Positions 14,681 through 27,664 of a stretch of DNA of 64,000 bases are shown here, one piece after another (position 1 is the first letter of the stretch; each line of letters begins with the position of its first letter). The position numbers were made by a program, and so were the translations under genes. The notes beneath the pieces were generated by a model. The model was not told where the DNA came from. It saw only the letters and a list, made by a program, of their open reading frames with translations, and did not search any database. This DNA comes from Camelus ferus (Eukaryota). The stretch covers positions 11,966,001 to 12,030,000 of the forward strand of contig NC_045711.1 of the NCBI RefSeq assembly GCF_009834535.1, written 5' to 3'.

Positions 14681-17278
14681 CTGAGAATATGTTGTGAAGG
14701 CACCGAAAATTTGATTTGGTCTATTTCATCTCAAAATTTCCAAAATTGCAACACCATACGTGATTCCTAATTGGAAGCAGAAAAGGAGAGCCTTTTAGGA
14801 TTCCAGGTGCCGGCCACAGTTTTAAATTTTCATCTCTGCCGTATCGGAGTCTGGTTTTGATGCTTGCTCTGTCTCTTCAAACTGTTCTGACTTTTAGTAT
14901 GCCTCGTAAATTGTTGTTCAAAGCCAGACAAGATGCACTGGGTAAAAGGAACTGCTATAAATAGGCCTTCAGTGATGTGGCCTTGAGGTTTGGGGGAGCC
15001 GGAAGCATTCTCCAGGCCTTTGAGCAGGTCTCAATGTTTTAGTGAGCCTGTGCCTCTGGGCTGTAAGCTTTGCAGGTGTTTCTCAGTGTTCTCGTCCCAT
15101 TAGGTGGGGAAGGATTGTTAGAGGGGGCTGGACCTGGGTAGCTCCCTTCTCCCAGGTGGTTTAAGCTCTGGTAAAATAGTTTCTCTTGAGGGTAGACTTG
15201 TTAAGAACAGGAGGCTCTGGGTAAATTTCAAAGTGGCTTCTTTTTCCTCCTCCTGACAGAAGCAGAAGGTTTTTCTCTGATCTTCACCGTTAAGACCATG
15301 GGATTTAGCTCCAGGAGGTAAAACTCACAGAAAATGGACCACTCCCCCTAAGACTGGCCCCACTCGGAGTTTTAAACTCTCAGGCTGTCCACACCGAGCC
15401 TCCAGCAATTCTCCGATGGTCATTGGATTTTCCTGCCCTGATGGTGTTCCACTGGAGGTTTCCGTTCACGTGTTTCTGCCCGGGTAAGTTGTCATTCTTT
15501 CTATCTGCCCCGTCTGTCTCTCCAATTTAGGGGCAGGGGCAGTGGTTTACCCTGTGACCCCAGTTCTCCAATGGATCTAAGAAAAGTTGTTGATTCAGTT
15601 TGTTTAGCTTTCTACTCGTTAGGATGGAGTGACAACTTCCAAGCTCCTTACATCCCAGACAGGAAACTGGAACTCTCTCCTTCTCTTTTTAAATAACAGC
15701 TTTATTGAGATATAATTCATATCCAACAAAATTCACCCAATTCACCTAATTCAACCTAATCTAAGGTTACAAAGACTTAGGTGTACGTTTTCTTCTAAGA
15801 GTTTTATAGTTATGGTGCTTACATTTAGATCTATGATCTGTTTGGGGTTAACTTTTGTATATGGTGTGAAGTGGGGATCCAGCTTCGTTCTTTTACACAT
15901 GGCAACCCAGCTGTCCTAGCACCATTTGTGGAAAACAAATTTAGTTGACTTGGCAGCCTTATTAAAAATTGGTTGACCGTAAAGGTAAGGGTTTACGCCT
16001 TGCTAATTCTTACTCAGTCTTAACATGTCAAATCAAACTTACCTTCCTCAATGATGCCTTCCCTGACTATCCCCCGACTCTCTGCACCTAACTGGATGGG
16101 TTCTTCGTAATGCGATACCCAACCTCCCATTCAAGTGTTACCTACTTGCTTGCTCCGTGCCTGTCTCTGCAGATTCAGGCTCCCTGAAGCTGCCTGGTCC
16201 CTACTGGGCTCCCTGGAGTCCTTTTGAAGGAAGGTTGGTTTTTGCCTGAAGGAACTGCTTTCTATGGTAACCAGATCATCCCTGTTTGCCTGGCACTGAA
16301 AGTCCAGGGTCGCGTGAAATACCTCAGTCCCAGGCAATGTGGATGGATGGTCACCCTCCTGTTAATGCTCCAGGACAGGCTTGGGGCAGGGCGGGGGCTC
16401 CCTGCCCAGGCCTGAGTCCTTGTCACGCCCTCAACTCTCCTCAAAGCCTGTGAACCCCATTCCTCTTGTATCCATGCTCCACCAACCATGGGGGCTTCCT
16501 GGTGCCTCCATCACCACCTCAGTCACTTGTCAGGCTCCCAGCTCTGCAAGGGAAACAGGGTCAGGGAGGCTTGCTCAGCCCCTCTGAGGACTCTCGCTCT
16601 CCTGAGACAGCCCAGGCCAAGCCCAGAAGCTGAGCGTCCGAGAGAGGGCAGGGCTGCGTCCACCAGAGGGGCTTCCATGCCAAGCCGCAGCCTGCCTGGT
16701 AGGAGGGTCTCTTCGAGAACTGCCCATGATTCTTGTTCTTAAAGCTTTGTGAGGAGGTCATTCTTTATCCACTCTGCTAGAAGGATCTCAGGAGAGATTC
16801 CTCCATGATACTGATTCTAATACCAAGAGCAGAAGGCGTTTTCCTGAGCGACTGCTTGGTTGTTTATCTCAGGGACCCTTAGAACCGTGTCACTGACTGA
16901 GTCCCCCCTCCCTGTATCAGCTGCTGGGATGTTCAGGGCAGATCTGCGGCCCCTCCCCCAACGCGAAGCCATCAGGGCATCACAGTCCCCAGTTTTTAAA
17001 ATTTCACACATCTTCCCGGCGTGAGATGGTCCCATCTTGCTTTCTCCTTCCTCCTCCCCCTTCTGTGCTTTATTGAGGTAAAATTACATCTAGTGAAGTG
17101 CACACATCTTATGCATACAACTGGCCGGGTTTTGACAACTCAAATGTAGACACCCACGTACCAACACCCAAATCAAGAGAAACAGCATTGCTACACCCAG
17201 AAAGTTCCCTCCCTTTGCGGTCAACTCCTCACCCTGAAACTGTCCTTTCTCTGCTTTTAATATATTCTCTTGTTTTTC

Positions 17279-17549
17279 TTTTCTTTTTTTTTCTTTATTT
17301 ACCAGATTTTATTTTTATTTTTATTTTTTAAACATTTTTTATTGATTTATAATCATTTTACAATGTTGTGTCAAATTCCAGTGTAGAGCACACTTTTTCA
17401 GTTATACATGAACATGTATATGTTCATTGTCACATTTTTTTCTCTGTGAGCTACCATAAGATCTTGTATATATTTCCCTGTGCTGTACAGTATAATCTTG
17501 TTTATCTATTCTACATTTTGAAATCCCAGTCTATCCCTTCCCACCCCCC
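17279..17549 (-). mobile_element. Young 5'-truncated L1 3' end
   Basis: Cetartiodactyl-type L1 tail in reverse with a T-rich end; perfect 16-bp target-site duplication tattctcttgtttttc at 17263-17278 and 17550-17565. Confidence 0.85.
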
Positions 17550-17567
17550 TATTCTCTTGTTTTTCAT

Positions 17568-17729
17568 GTATTTATTTTATTTTATTTTGGGTTTTTTTTT
17601 TGGAATGGGGAGGTAATTAGGTTTTATTTATTTAACATTTATTTATTTATTTTAATGGAGGTATTGGGGATTGAACCCAGAACCTCGTGCATGCTAAGCA
17701 TGCGCTCTACCACTGAGCCATCCCCTCCC
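17568..17729 (-). mobile_element. Camelid-type tRNA-derived SINE
   Basis: gaggtattggggattgaacccagaacctcgtgcatgctaagcatgcgctctaccactgagc, with an upstream T-rich tail. Confidence 0.85.
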
Positions 17730-18697
17730 TTGCTTCGTGTATTCTTTTAAATACCTTAAATCCTCTGCTGGATTGAGAAAGGGCATGAATAATTAGGATA
17801 TTAAAGTGCTGGAGAAGTCCCAGCGCTGGCTCATTCCCTTACAAAGCTTACCTCTCAAATGGGAGAATGACACCCACAGAGCACAGAATGCTGACAGAGC
17901 TCGGCTCCCACCATCGGAGACCTTCTGACCACGTGCCGGGTTCCCTGCCAGGCCCTCCTCCCCTCCCCGTGTCTGGAAGCGCCCCTACCTCTCGCTACCC
18001 AGCCTGGGGCTGCTTCCCAGGACACTTCCCTGTGCGTGACACTTGCCTTCATTCCATTGTCCCTTTCCACCTCTGATGATTATGGACCCTTCAACCCACC
18101 CCAAACTTGGTCTTCACAGTTCATTCTACAAACCATTTTTACTACGTTCCTGTCACTGAGCTGGGTGAGGGGGACACAGAGAGCCAAGAATGTTCTGGCC
18201 CTCTGGTAAGTAAGGGGCTTGCTTACCATGTGTAACGTCTTCTCATAGTACAGGTGACCTCAAAGGACGAGAATCCCTGTGAACTCACCCACACCAGCCT
18301 GAGCTAGGCCCTCCACAGCACCTGGCCACCTGAGGTCCTTGAGTTTATTAAGGCATTTATGTTTGCTATATGCCACTCACGGTTCTAGCCACTTAGGACA
18401 CATCAGTAATTTAAAGTGTGAGGTCCCCTGCCCTTGGGGAGCTTCCATTGTAATGGGAGAAAACACATAATAAATAGAAGAAATGAGTAAACCATGTAGT
18501 ATGTGAGAAAGTGGCCATTGCTATGGCAAAAGGGAAAAGGACAGGATGGGGCATCAGGAATCTGGGGCTGGGGACAGATGTGGGATTAAGTGAGGTGGTC
18601 AGGGAGGGCTTCATTGAGCAAGGGAGATTTGGGCAAAGATTTGAAAGAGGTGAGGCAGGGAGGCCGGGTGGGTATCTAAGGAAAGTCTGTTCTAGGC

Positions 18698-18873
18698 CAG
18701 TGGTTCTCAGTCCGTGGTGACTTCTGCCTCTTACCCAAGGAACTTTTGCCAACATTGTTGTCACAACTGCGTGTATGTGGGGGTGCTACTGGCACCCAGT
18801 AGGGAGAGGCTGTAAACATCCTACAACACACAGGACAGCCCCACAACAGAATTAGCCAGCCCAAGAGAAATTG
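18698..18873. mobile_element. MER20-like hAT-Charlie DNA transposon fossil
   Basis: Starts cagtggttctc; internal gtgctactggcacccagtaggg and aaacatcctacaacacacaggacagcccc. Confidence 0.75.
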
Positions 18874-21800
18874 GTCCAGTAGCAGGAATAGCCAGTGCAA
18901 AGGCCCTGTGGCAGAAGCATGCCTGGTGCTTGTAGAACTGCTTGGAGCCCACATGGCTGGAGGGAGGAAATAGGAGCCAAGGTTGGAGGGGGAAGGGCAG
19001 GGAGGCCAGTGATGTGAGGATCCATTGCAAGGTTTGAGGTGGAAGAGTGATGTCATCTCACTGTTTTAGAGGCTCCGTCAGGCTGCTGTGCTGGAAACAG
19101 GCTGCAGGATGGCAGTGTCTGAGTAGAAGCAGGAGCAGGACCAAGGCAGTGACCCCGAGAGCAAGTCGGCCTCCTGTTCAGACTTTCTCCTCTTTCCTTA
19201 AGGCTCTGACCCCCAGCCTTCCCCTTTGCTCTCAGCCAAGGACCTCATCTCAGTCCTCAGAGCAAAAGCAGCAGCTGTGAGATGGGACTGCTCACCCCTT
19301 GCCACTACACCTGGAACCCTGATGGCAGCTCCCCTACCCCGACCCTCGCATAGGCCAAGCCCCAGGTGAGAACCCAGGATCCCCCACCAGCCATTCCCTT
19401 CACTGCGCAGACGCGCTCTGGTGTCTCCCAGGTGAGAAACCAACCAACCCACCCCAGTGGCAGACCGGTCCTTCAACACAGGAGACTCTGAAAGGGGGTC
19501 ACCAACTGGTGCCAACCTTCTGAACTGTTGAATTCCTTTGTTATGAAAGATCCTAGGAATTCCCTCCACCTCACAGTGTGACATCTTCTTGCCCTGAGCC
19601 CGCATTCCTCTTTCAATAGAACAGAAGGGGAGAATGGAAAATATTTAACAAAAATGACTAAATCTACTAAAAAAAAAAACCCTCCCACTGGCCCTGGAGC
19701 CCCCCTTCAGCTACTGTCCCCCACCCCTCCCTGAGCACTTTGGGATCAAACCTCACCTTCACCCACTGCAGACTGGTTTCTGCTTCCCCAGCTCCATCAA
19801 GCCTGTTCTAACCTCCTGGTTGTTAAATCCGCACAGCCAACCCCTCCCTGCTCCCTGATACCCTGTCCTCTCCTCCTGTCCGGCTGGCTGCGCCTCTTCC
19901 AGTCTTCTGAAGTTCCTCAGGGTTCAGCCAGACTCCACTTCTCCTCTCTCCTTGCTTTCTCTCCCTGGATGAGCCCCTCCCACAACTTTAAATTTTGTTT
20001 AAAATATCATGTATAGCCTCCGCCTGGCTCCAACCTCAAACATCCAAGTGCCAGGCAGACTTCTCTGCTTGGGCATCTCACAGGCACTTGACCCTAACAC
20101 GCTCAGAGTGGAACTCCTTGTCTCAAACCTGTTCCTTCCTGGAGGTCCCCATCCCAATATATGGTAACCACATCCACCCAGCTGCTCGAGCCAGTTTTGC
20201 TGCCCTTTGTTCCTCCTCTCCTTTGGGATTATTTCCAAGTCGTGTTGCTATTCTGTGTCATGAATATGTCTCAAGGTTGTCCACATCTCTCCATCTCCAC
20301 CGCCTCCTCCTCCTCCTTAACTGCCGTCATTCTTCTAGAGACTCCAGCCAGGCTCCCTGCCTCCTCCGTGGCTCCCTCCAGTTTTTCCATGTGATCTTTC
20401 TCAGTGGAGACCCTAAAGCCAAAAGTTCAATTTCCCAGCATCCCTTGCAGCTGATGGGGGCACATGACCCAGGCTGATCCAGAAGGACCACTGCCCTTCT
20501 CAGACTTTGGTTCGAGGCCAAACAAAGCAACAACAAGTACATCCAGCCCGGGGCCAGCAGCGGCCTCCAGCGTCCAGGGCCAGTGATGCTGGTGGTCCTG
20601 GCTGTGTGTCTGTGTCCTGCAGGGCCTGTGGCACGCATGTCCTCTCCAGGCCAGACCTGCAGTGAGCTCTGGTCCCTGTCCACACTGTGGTTGCCTTGAC
20701 CCGGCTTGTTTCCTGAGCCTGGCTCTCCAGCCTTCCTAGTGATTCTGGGAGCTCCCTCTGGCCTTCTGATAAACTCCTTTTCTGCTTATAAACACCAGGA
20801 ATGGTTTTTATTGCTTTCAGCTAAAAACTCTAATGGCTCAGTCATAGACAAAGACTTGAGACAGAGGTGGGAGCTCTGCTTAAGTCCTGCTTGTCTGAGG
20901 GTCCTACATGAGCTTCAGGCCCAGGCTCTGCCTGGGGGACTCGTCCAGCAGAGCCTGAGCAGGACTCTGAAGTGGTGGGGGCAGAGGCTGAGAACGCCCT
21001 TCCCAGAGCAAGGTCCCAGACCAGCAGCAGAGGCATCCCCTGAAATGCAAGTTCTCCTTCCCGGACCTACAGGATCCGAAACACTGGTGATGGGGCCCAG
21101 CAACTGATGCTTTAACAAGCCCTCAAGGTGACTCAGATGTCCCTTAAAGTTTGCCCTAGAGCTTCAGGGAGGAGCCATGTGCAGCAGAAAAAGCAACAGA
21201 CAGAAACTAGAGACCCAGCTCTAGCCCTGGACTAGTTGACTTCATCCTCATTTGCCTGACTTCTCTGAGTCTAGTTTTCTTTCATCTATAAAACAAGGCT
21301 CATTCTAGCACCACAGGGCTTTTTCTGATGACTAAATTAAATAACACTGTATACATGCAATGCCAAGAGCGGGCCTGGCACACAGGAGAGGCCCAGTAAA
21401 TGGCAGTCATCACTGTTCAGACTGGTTGTGATCAGTCCTCTTAGTGGACAGCTGTGCAAACTTGGGCACGGCCCCAAGTGTCTCAACCTCATGTGTTTTG
21501 TTTTTTTTTTTCTCTCTGTAACATGCAGATAACAACCCTCCCCTCCCAGGCTTGTTTGGCGAATCAAGGAAGATAAAATATGAAAGCAATGTTTTATCTA
21601 AACTAAAACACGAACCTAGTAAAACACAAAGGAAGACACAAAAGTCTGAAAATATGCAGCCTAAGATGGGATGGGCTCACCCGTGGGCTTCTCGTCCGGC
21701 CTGGGCTCCGACTGTGGGCAGGGACTGCGCTGGGCCGTGGGGATCCAGCAATGAGCTGGGAGATATATTTTTTGCCCTTGAAATCACTCATAGTTGAACT

Positions 21801-21969
21801 TTCAACTCATTCAGACCAGAGTAGACCGCTGCTCATATTTCTCCAGTGAAACATTTACATAGAGTGGTATATACATATATATACACAGGTATATTTACAT
21901 ATATATTCATACATATCTAACTACAAATTCTCTCTATATATATATAAAACATAAAACTTTGTCTCTATA

Positions 21970-21992
21970 TGTGTGTGTGTGTGTGTGTGTGT
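21970..21992. repeat. (TG)n microsatellite
   Basis: Perfect TG run next to AT-rich low-complexity sequence. Confidence 0.95.
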
Positions 21993-22429
21993 ATAATTAT
22001 ATAGATTTGAATTAGATTTAAGCTGAGGTAAGTTTTGAAAATGCACATTTGAAAAATGTGTTGATAATTCCTTCCTCACTGTATTCATTTATTGACTAGG
22101 GGAGACATGCCTGCGGGCAGGATAGTTTATGGCAACAATTCTGTCTCACTGCAGACCCTCAGATACCCAGTTCCCTTTCTGCCTGGGAAACCGCTGGTAC
22201 CAGTTTCTCGTGTCTCCTTCCAGGAACATAAGCTGTGTGTATACAAGTTATATGTGTGTGTGTCTCTGTGTACATGTGTGTTTTACACTTTTGCTCTTTT
22301 AACTTAACAATATGTAATAGAGCTCGTTTCTTAAACGGCTGCATGTGTGCATTAGCTATTGTCCACGATTTTTCTGCCACAAGCAATTATATGATGACAA
22401 AGTATACTGCTTTAAAGTACACCGTGGTA

Positions 22430-22553
22430 GGAGGAGGCTATAGCTCAGTGGTAGAGCACATGCTTAGCGTGCACGAGGTTCTGGGTTCAATCCCCAGTAC
22501 CTCCTCTAAGAATAAATGTAAGTAAACCTGTTTACCTCCCCCCACCAAAAATA
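22430..22553 (+). mobile_element. Camelid-type tRNA-derived SINE
   Basis: gctatagctcagtggtagagcacatgcttagcgtgcacgaggttctgggttcaatccccagtacctcc; decayed target-site duplication aaagtacaccgtgg / aaagtatgccatga. Confidence 0.85.
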
Positions 22554-24515
22554 AAAGTATGCCATGAGGTGACCCCAACTCTCCACTCGAGCAGAATCTG
22601 ACCACCCCATCCCCAGCCAGGCCTGATTTCTTTTCAGCCTGCTTTCCCATTTGAGACCCAGATTGCTGGGTGGCCCATCCAAGGCCTTACTAGTGGAGAC
22701 TAGGATCCAGGTTTCCCATTTCCCAACCCACCTCCAGCCAAGGGGTTAATGGCACTTGGCAGACACGATGAAGGTATTTTTTTTTTTTTATTGATTTGTG
22801 TCTTCCCAAAAGGGTCTGAGGCGGCTGCCATTAGGTATCAGGACCTGATGTTTGCTTTTTCCGTCTCTCCTGCTTGGAGTGAGGCCATATGGCCTGACCC
22901 ATCACAGCCAAGCTAGAACTGAGTCAACCTGCAGCTCAGGACCAAGGTTGAGGCAGGTGCTAAAAGGCCAGGGCCCAGATTAGATCAATCATATTAGCTG
23001 TCAGGTCAAGCACTATGTTGCCAATGTAGCCAAGTCTGAGCTTCAGGCCAGTGGGGTCCAGTGCACACCCGACCTGGGACTCTGGCCCCCTCCTGACATC
23101 CAGTATCGTTTGCGCTGAGTCTAACTTTATGGTAGATGTGAAACGGACGGAGAGCTGAAGATAAAAGTAAAGACCTTGTGACCCAGGAAACTGAAATAGA
23201 GAAGGTACAAAAGCAAAGAAGCAGATGCCAGTCAAGCTAATGACTGCCCGCCTAACCCTGGAGTGCTGATCCCTCTTCTCACCAGTCCTACCCAGTCTTC
23301 AAGGCCAGGTCCTCTTTCCCCTCCTCTGGGGAGTAATGGAACACATGGGGAAAGAGGAAGTCACTTTGGAGACCCAGGTTTAAATTCTGCTCCTTTCACT
23401 TCCTGGCAAAATCATTCATTCTTTCATGCAACAAATATTTCTGGAGCACCTTTATTACTGTGTGAGGCATAAGCCAAGTTCCAGGAACAAACATAATAAA
23501 TCACAGCCCCTGCACCCATGGAGATGACAACAGGGAGTCAGATGAGTAAACAGACAATGACCCGAGGGACAGTGGCACGATCAGGTGAGCACAGGCAGCT
23601 GGAACACAGAGGGAGGCCCTCATCCGGCAGAGGACGCGTAGGGAACCTGAAAGGTCCAGGCAGAATCCTTTGGAGAATTCCCTGGGACCAATCAGGAAAA
23701 AGTCACCATTCATTCAACAAAAATATAAAGTGCCTACTGTGTGCCCCGCACTCATCAGAGCACTGGAGACACAGTGGTCCACAGCACAGACTCATGCGAC
23801 TTCACACTCCAGTGAGGGGACAGACAAGAAATACAAATTCTGTAAGTGCAATGATGGAAACAGTGTTGAGATTAAGAGTCACGTTGCGGATGGGGAGGGG
23901 ATACAGATGTGGGAGGGAAGATGAGGAAGAATCTCGTGGTGTTGGACCAGAATTAAAGTTGTCATATGAATTTATTCTATAATATTTATAGATCCTATCT
24001 GTGTCTGATAAAGGGTCTAGAAGCAGTGGTATTTCCAGAATATCCAGTGAGTTTACCTTGTGCTTAGATCTTGTTTCTAATACACCTCTCTGTGCTGGGA
24101 AACAGAGTTCCTTGATGAATAGGCTGCTGGTCCCAGGGCTGGTGCAGAGGAAGTACAAGGTGTGCCTGGAGCATCTTACTGTGTTAGAACTGAGCACAGG
24201 AGAAGGAGGGAAAAGGAGGAGGAGAAATGAGGGAGGAAAGGGAAGGGAAAGAGGAAGAAGGGAAGAAAGGGAAAAGAGGAAGGAGAAGAGGAAAAGGAGG
24301 AGGAGGGAAGGAGAAGAAGGAGGAGGAAGACAAGAAGGAAGAGCTCAAAAACTGATGAGGATACAGGAATCAAAAGGAAAAATCTCCCACTGGATGAATC
24401 CGAAACAGAATAAATATTATTATGGATAATGACTTAATAGATTATAAAACATTAAAAAATACATGAGTAATGAATGCACAGTTAGACTAAAAATAAAACC
24501 AAATAATATGTCCAA

Positions 24516-24960
24516 GTCTATTTCTGCTTTGTAAATAAGTTCCTTTGCATCATCTTTTTAGATTCCACAGAGAAGTGATATCATATGTTATTTGCCTCTG
24601 TCTGACTTTCTTCACTTAGTATGATAATCTCTAGGTCCATCCACATTGCTGCAAATGACATTATTTCACTCTTTTTTTTATGGCTGGTAACAAACTCATG
24701 GTTACCAAAGAGGAAAGTGTGGGGAGGGATAAATTAGAGTTTGGGATTAACAGATACACACTGCTATGTATAAAATAGATAAACAACAAGGACCTACTGT
24801 AGAGCATAAGAAACTATATTCAATATCTTGTAATAACCTATAATGGAAAAGAATTTGAAAAAGAACATATATATTATATGTATGTATATAAACTGATCAC
24901 GTTGCTGTACACCTGAAACTAACACAACATTGTAAATCAACTATTACTTCAATTAAAAAA
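24516..24960. mobile_element. 5'-inverted L1 3' fragment
   Basis: 24516-24686 is L1 on the - strand and 24687-24960 is the continuing L1 tail on the + strand, ending in an A run. Imperfect target-site duplication aaataatatgtccaa / aaataataagtgccaa. Confidence 0.75.
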
Positions 24961-25413
24961 TAATAAGTGCCAAAGAAGAGAAATTACAGTAGCCTGTAAT
25001 TAATAAGTGCAGAGGGAGAATTAGAAAACTGTGCTTTGAAACCAAAATAGTAATAATTGATTCTTGCAAGAGAATTTCAGTGAAAGTTAATAGTGAAAGT
25101 TTATTGGAGCACAGGACGTTTAGAGAATCTCAAATGCCTTTCCACAGATGATTTGTTCATTACAAAGATGATAAAGGTAACTTTAGAGTGGAGAAGTCTG
25201 GCACACATGTGACCTTGACCAAGGGATCAAAGTTAACATCACCAGAAACAGAATGAGTTATGTCCTGTGCCTCCTGATATGAAGCACTAAGAAAGACACA
25301 GCAGCACTTTTTATGGCTTTCCTGCGAAAAATGTGCAAACTGATTTATTTTTTATTGTATTTATTTATTTTTGCAATCTGATTTATTTATAAGAAAAAAA
25401 GTAAGGGACATTC

Positions 25414-26480
25414 TGTGATTTTCGTAATTTATAAATAACAAATGTATATTTTGTCTTTGTCCCTATTTCTGGCACAGAGCTCCTAAAACCCTTGGAATTT
25501 CCCAATCGATAAGAGCAATGGGAATCTTTTGTTTTATTTTTTAATAAAGTTTGTTTTTTCGGTTTTTATTTATTTGTCTTATTTTGGGGGAGGTAATTAG
25601 GTTTACCTATTTAGTTATTTTAGTGGAGGTACTGGGGATGGAACCCGGAACCTCATGCATGCTAAGTACACACTCTACCACTGAGCTGTATCCTGCCCTC
25701 TGGGAGTGTTTTGCTTTAGTATTTGGTCTTTTGTCTTTGGTTCCTGAAATGGTACCAGGGCCATAAACGTGAGAGGAGTGTCTTGTGTCACAACAAGTGT
25801 CGTAACAAGCTTCTTTCAACCACACCTGAGTTTATGTTAATGGGGTGACTTTTGGAAAGCGCCTAAGGATGGGGGCTGGTTGCCAAGGGAACCAACTCTG
25901 TGATTAGAGGATTAGAACTATCAATCTCAAACTTCCAGGGAGGGAAGAGAGGCTAGAGATTGCGCTCATTCACTAACGGCTGATGATTTAATCAATCCTG
26001 CGTACATAGTAGAGTCTCCTTAAAACCCTAAAAGGACCGGGTTTGGAGAGTTTCTGGGTTGATGAACATGTGGAGATGCCGGGAGTTGCCGGGAGGGTGG
26101 CATGCCCCTTCCCACATACCCTGCCCTGTGCATCTCTTTCATCCAGCTGTTCCCGAGTTGTATCTTTTTGTAATAAACTGGTAATCTAGTAAGTAAACTG
26201 TTTTCTTAAATTCTGTGAGCCTCTCTAGTAAATTAATGCATCCTAAGGAAGAAGTGTTGGGAACTCCTGATTCACAGCTGGTTGGTTAGAAGCACAGGTG
26301 ACAACCTGGATGCTCCCTTGGTGTCTGAAACATGTAGGAAGGGACAGTCTTATAGGACTGAGCCCTTCATCTGTGGGATCGGACACTATCTCCAGGTAGA
26401 CAGTGCTGGAACTGAGTTAAATCGTTGGACAGTCAGGTGGTGTCGCAGAAATAACCCACACATCTGGTGTCAGAAGTAAA
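25414..26480 (+). mobile_element. MER21-like LTR (solo), interrupted by a SINE
   Basis: cacagagctcctaaaacccttggaatttcc near the start and cccacacatctggtgtcagaagt at the end are MER21-type motifs. Boundaries approximate. Confidence 0.7.
25536..25700 (-). mobile_element. Camelid-type tRNA-derived SINE inside the LTR
   Basis: gaggtactggggatggaacccggaacctcatgcatgctaagtacacactctaccactgagc in reverse orientation. Confidence 0.85.
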
Positions 26481-26604
26481 GTAGTGTTGTAGGAGCACTG
26501 AGAGTAAAGGAGACATGCAGCAGGAAGTGGGGTTTTTTGGCACCTTCTCTAAAACAACTGGCCTGGAGGGTGGCAATGAACAGCCAGTCCTCACCTCGTC
26601 TTGG

Positions 26605-26710
26605 TACCAACTCATTCCAATTTGCCTGAGACTGTCCCAGTTTTAGCATCAAAAGTCCTCAGTCCTGGGAACTTTCTCAGTCCCAGGCAAACCAGAATGG
26701 TTACTGTCCA
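26605..26710. mobile_element. MER81-like hAT MITE
   Basis: ccaatttgcctgagactgtcccagttttagcatcaaaagtcc...ctcagtcccaggcaaaccagaatggtt. Confidence 0.6.
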
Positions 26711-27664
26711 CTCCCAGGCTGCTCCCACCCAAAAATATTCACTGGTCACTGCCAGCCCAGGAGGTGGATGATATTTATTCCTTCAACAAGCTTTTGCTGA
26801 CACTGGAAATGCGTCCAGCAAAGCAGACTCAGTCCCCACCCTTACAGACCATGTGAAATTCCTTCTTTGCATTGAAGTGGTATTAATCAAACAGGGCCTC
26901 TAAAACAAAACAAAACAGAATAAACCCCTTATTTCCCCATTATAATGGAAGAAAATTTGAGAAGAAAAGCGTAAAAAGGCAGAGAAAAAAATCACACTGG
27001 CAAATTTCCTTTCAGTATTTTTCCTACACATTTCCCAAGTCACTTCCGATCAGCGTCCAAAAAAACGCAAGTTAATTTTAATTTTGGCTGCAAACCAAGA
27101 ACAAAAAGGTTAAGTGTATTGAATTAATTTTTCAAGCCAAAGTTAAAGGCTCTAAAGATGATCTGCTGTCTCCAAGGGTCCAATCCCTGTTTTTTTCCAT
27201 TAGCAGGTGTGATCACAGGCCTGGCTGAGGCAGGTAATGACTTTCCCTCCTCAGCAAGGCTTCCTGCTTTGCAGTTTTTTGCTTTTTACAAATTAAAACA
27301 CTGCGTTCACTTGATAACGAATCAAGTAGAACAGAGGAGATTACCATGAAAAGCAACAGTGCCTCACCCCTTCCCATCCTGTCCCACCCCACCCCACCCC
27401 ACTCCAGTGACCTAGAGGCAACTCCTTTCAACGGTTTCTGTTTTTATTTCTTCTAGAAGTTATTTCCAAAATCATAGCTCAAATGTCCATACTTTCTTTC
27501 TTTATATATCAACTTTAGTGAATGTTGACTTTCCAACATAGAACAAGAGGCACTTAACTCAGTTACATTCCCTCTCTCTCCTCTTCCCAGTGATGACTAT
27601 TTATATTATTTTTGTTTGTTTGTTTTTAGATTATTTTGGTTCTGTGTAGTTTGGGGTTTTTTCC

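Noticed and set aside
22960-23235. 91-aa minus-strand ORF with protein-like composition (LDPTGLKLRLGYIGNIVLDL)
   Set aside because: No recognised homolog, starts at a non-ATG codon, and I found no supporting splice or promoter context. The length is within chance.
24001-24429. 142-aa ORF rich in R/E/G/K
   Set aside because: Translation of a purine-rich low-complexity tract (about 24200-24340).
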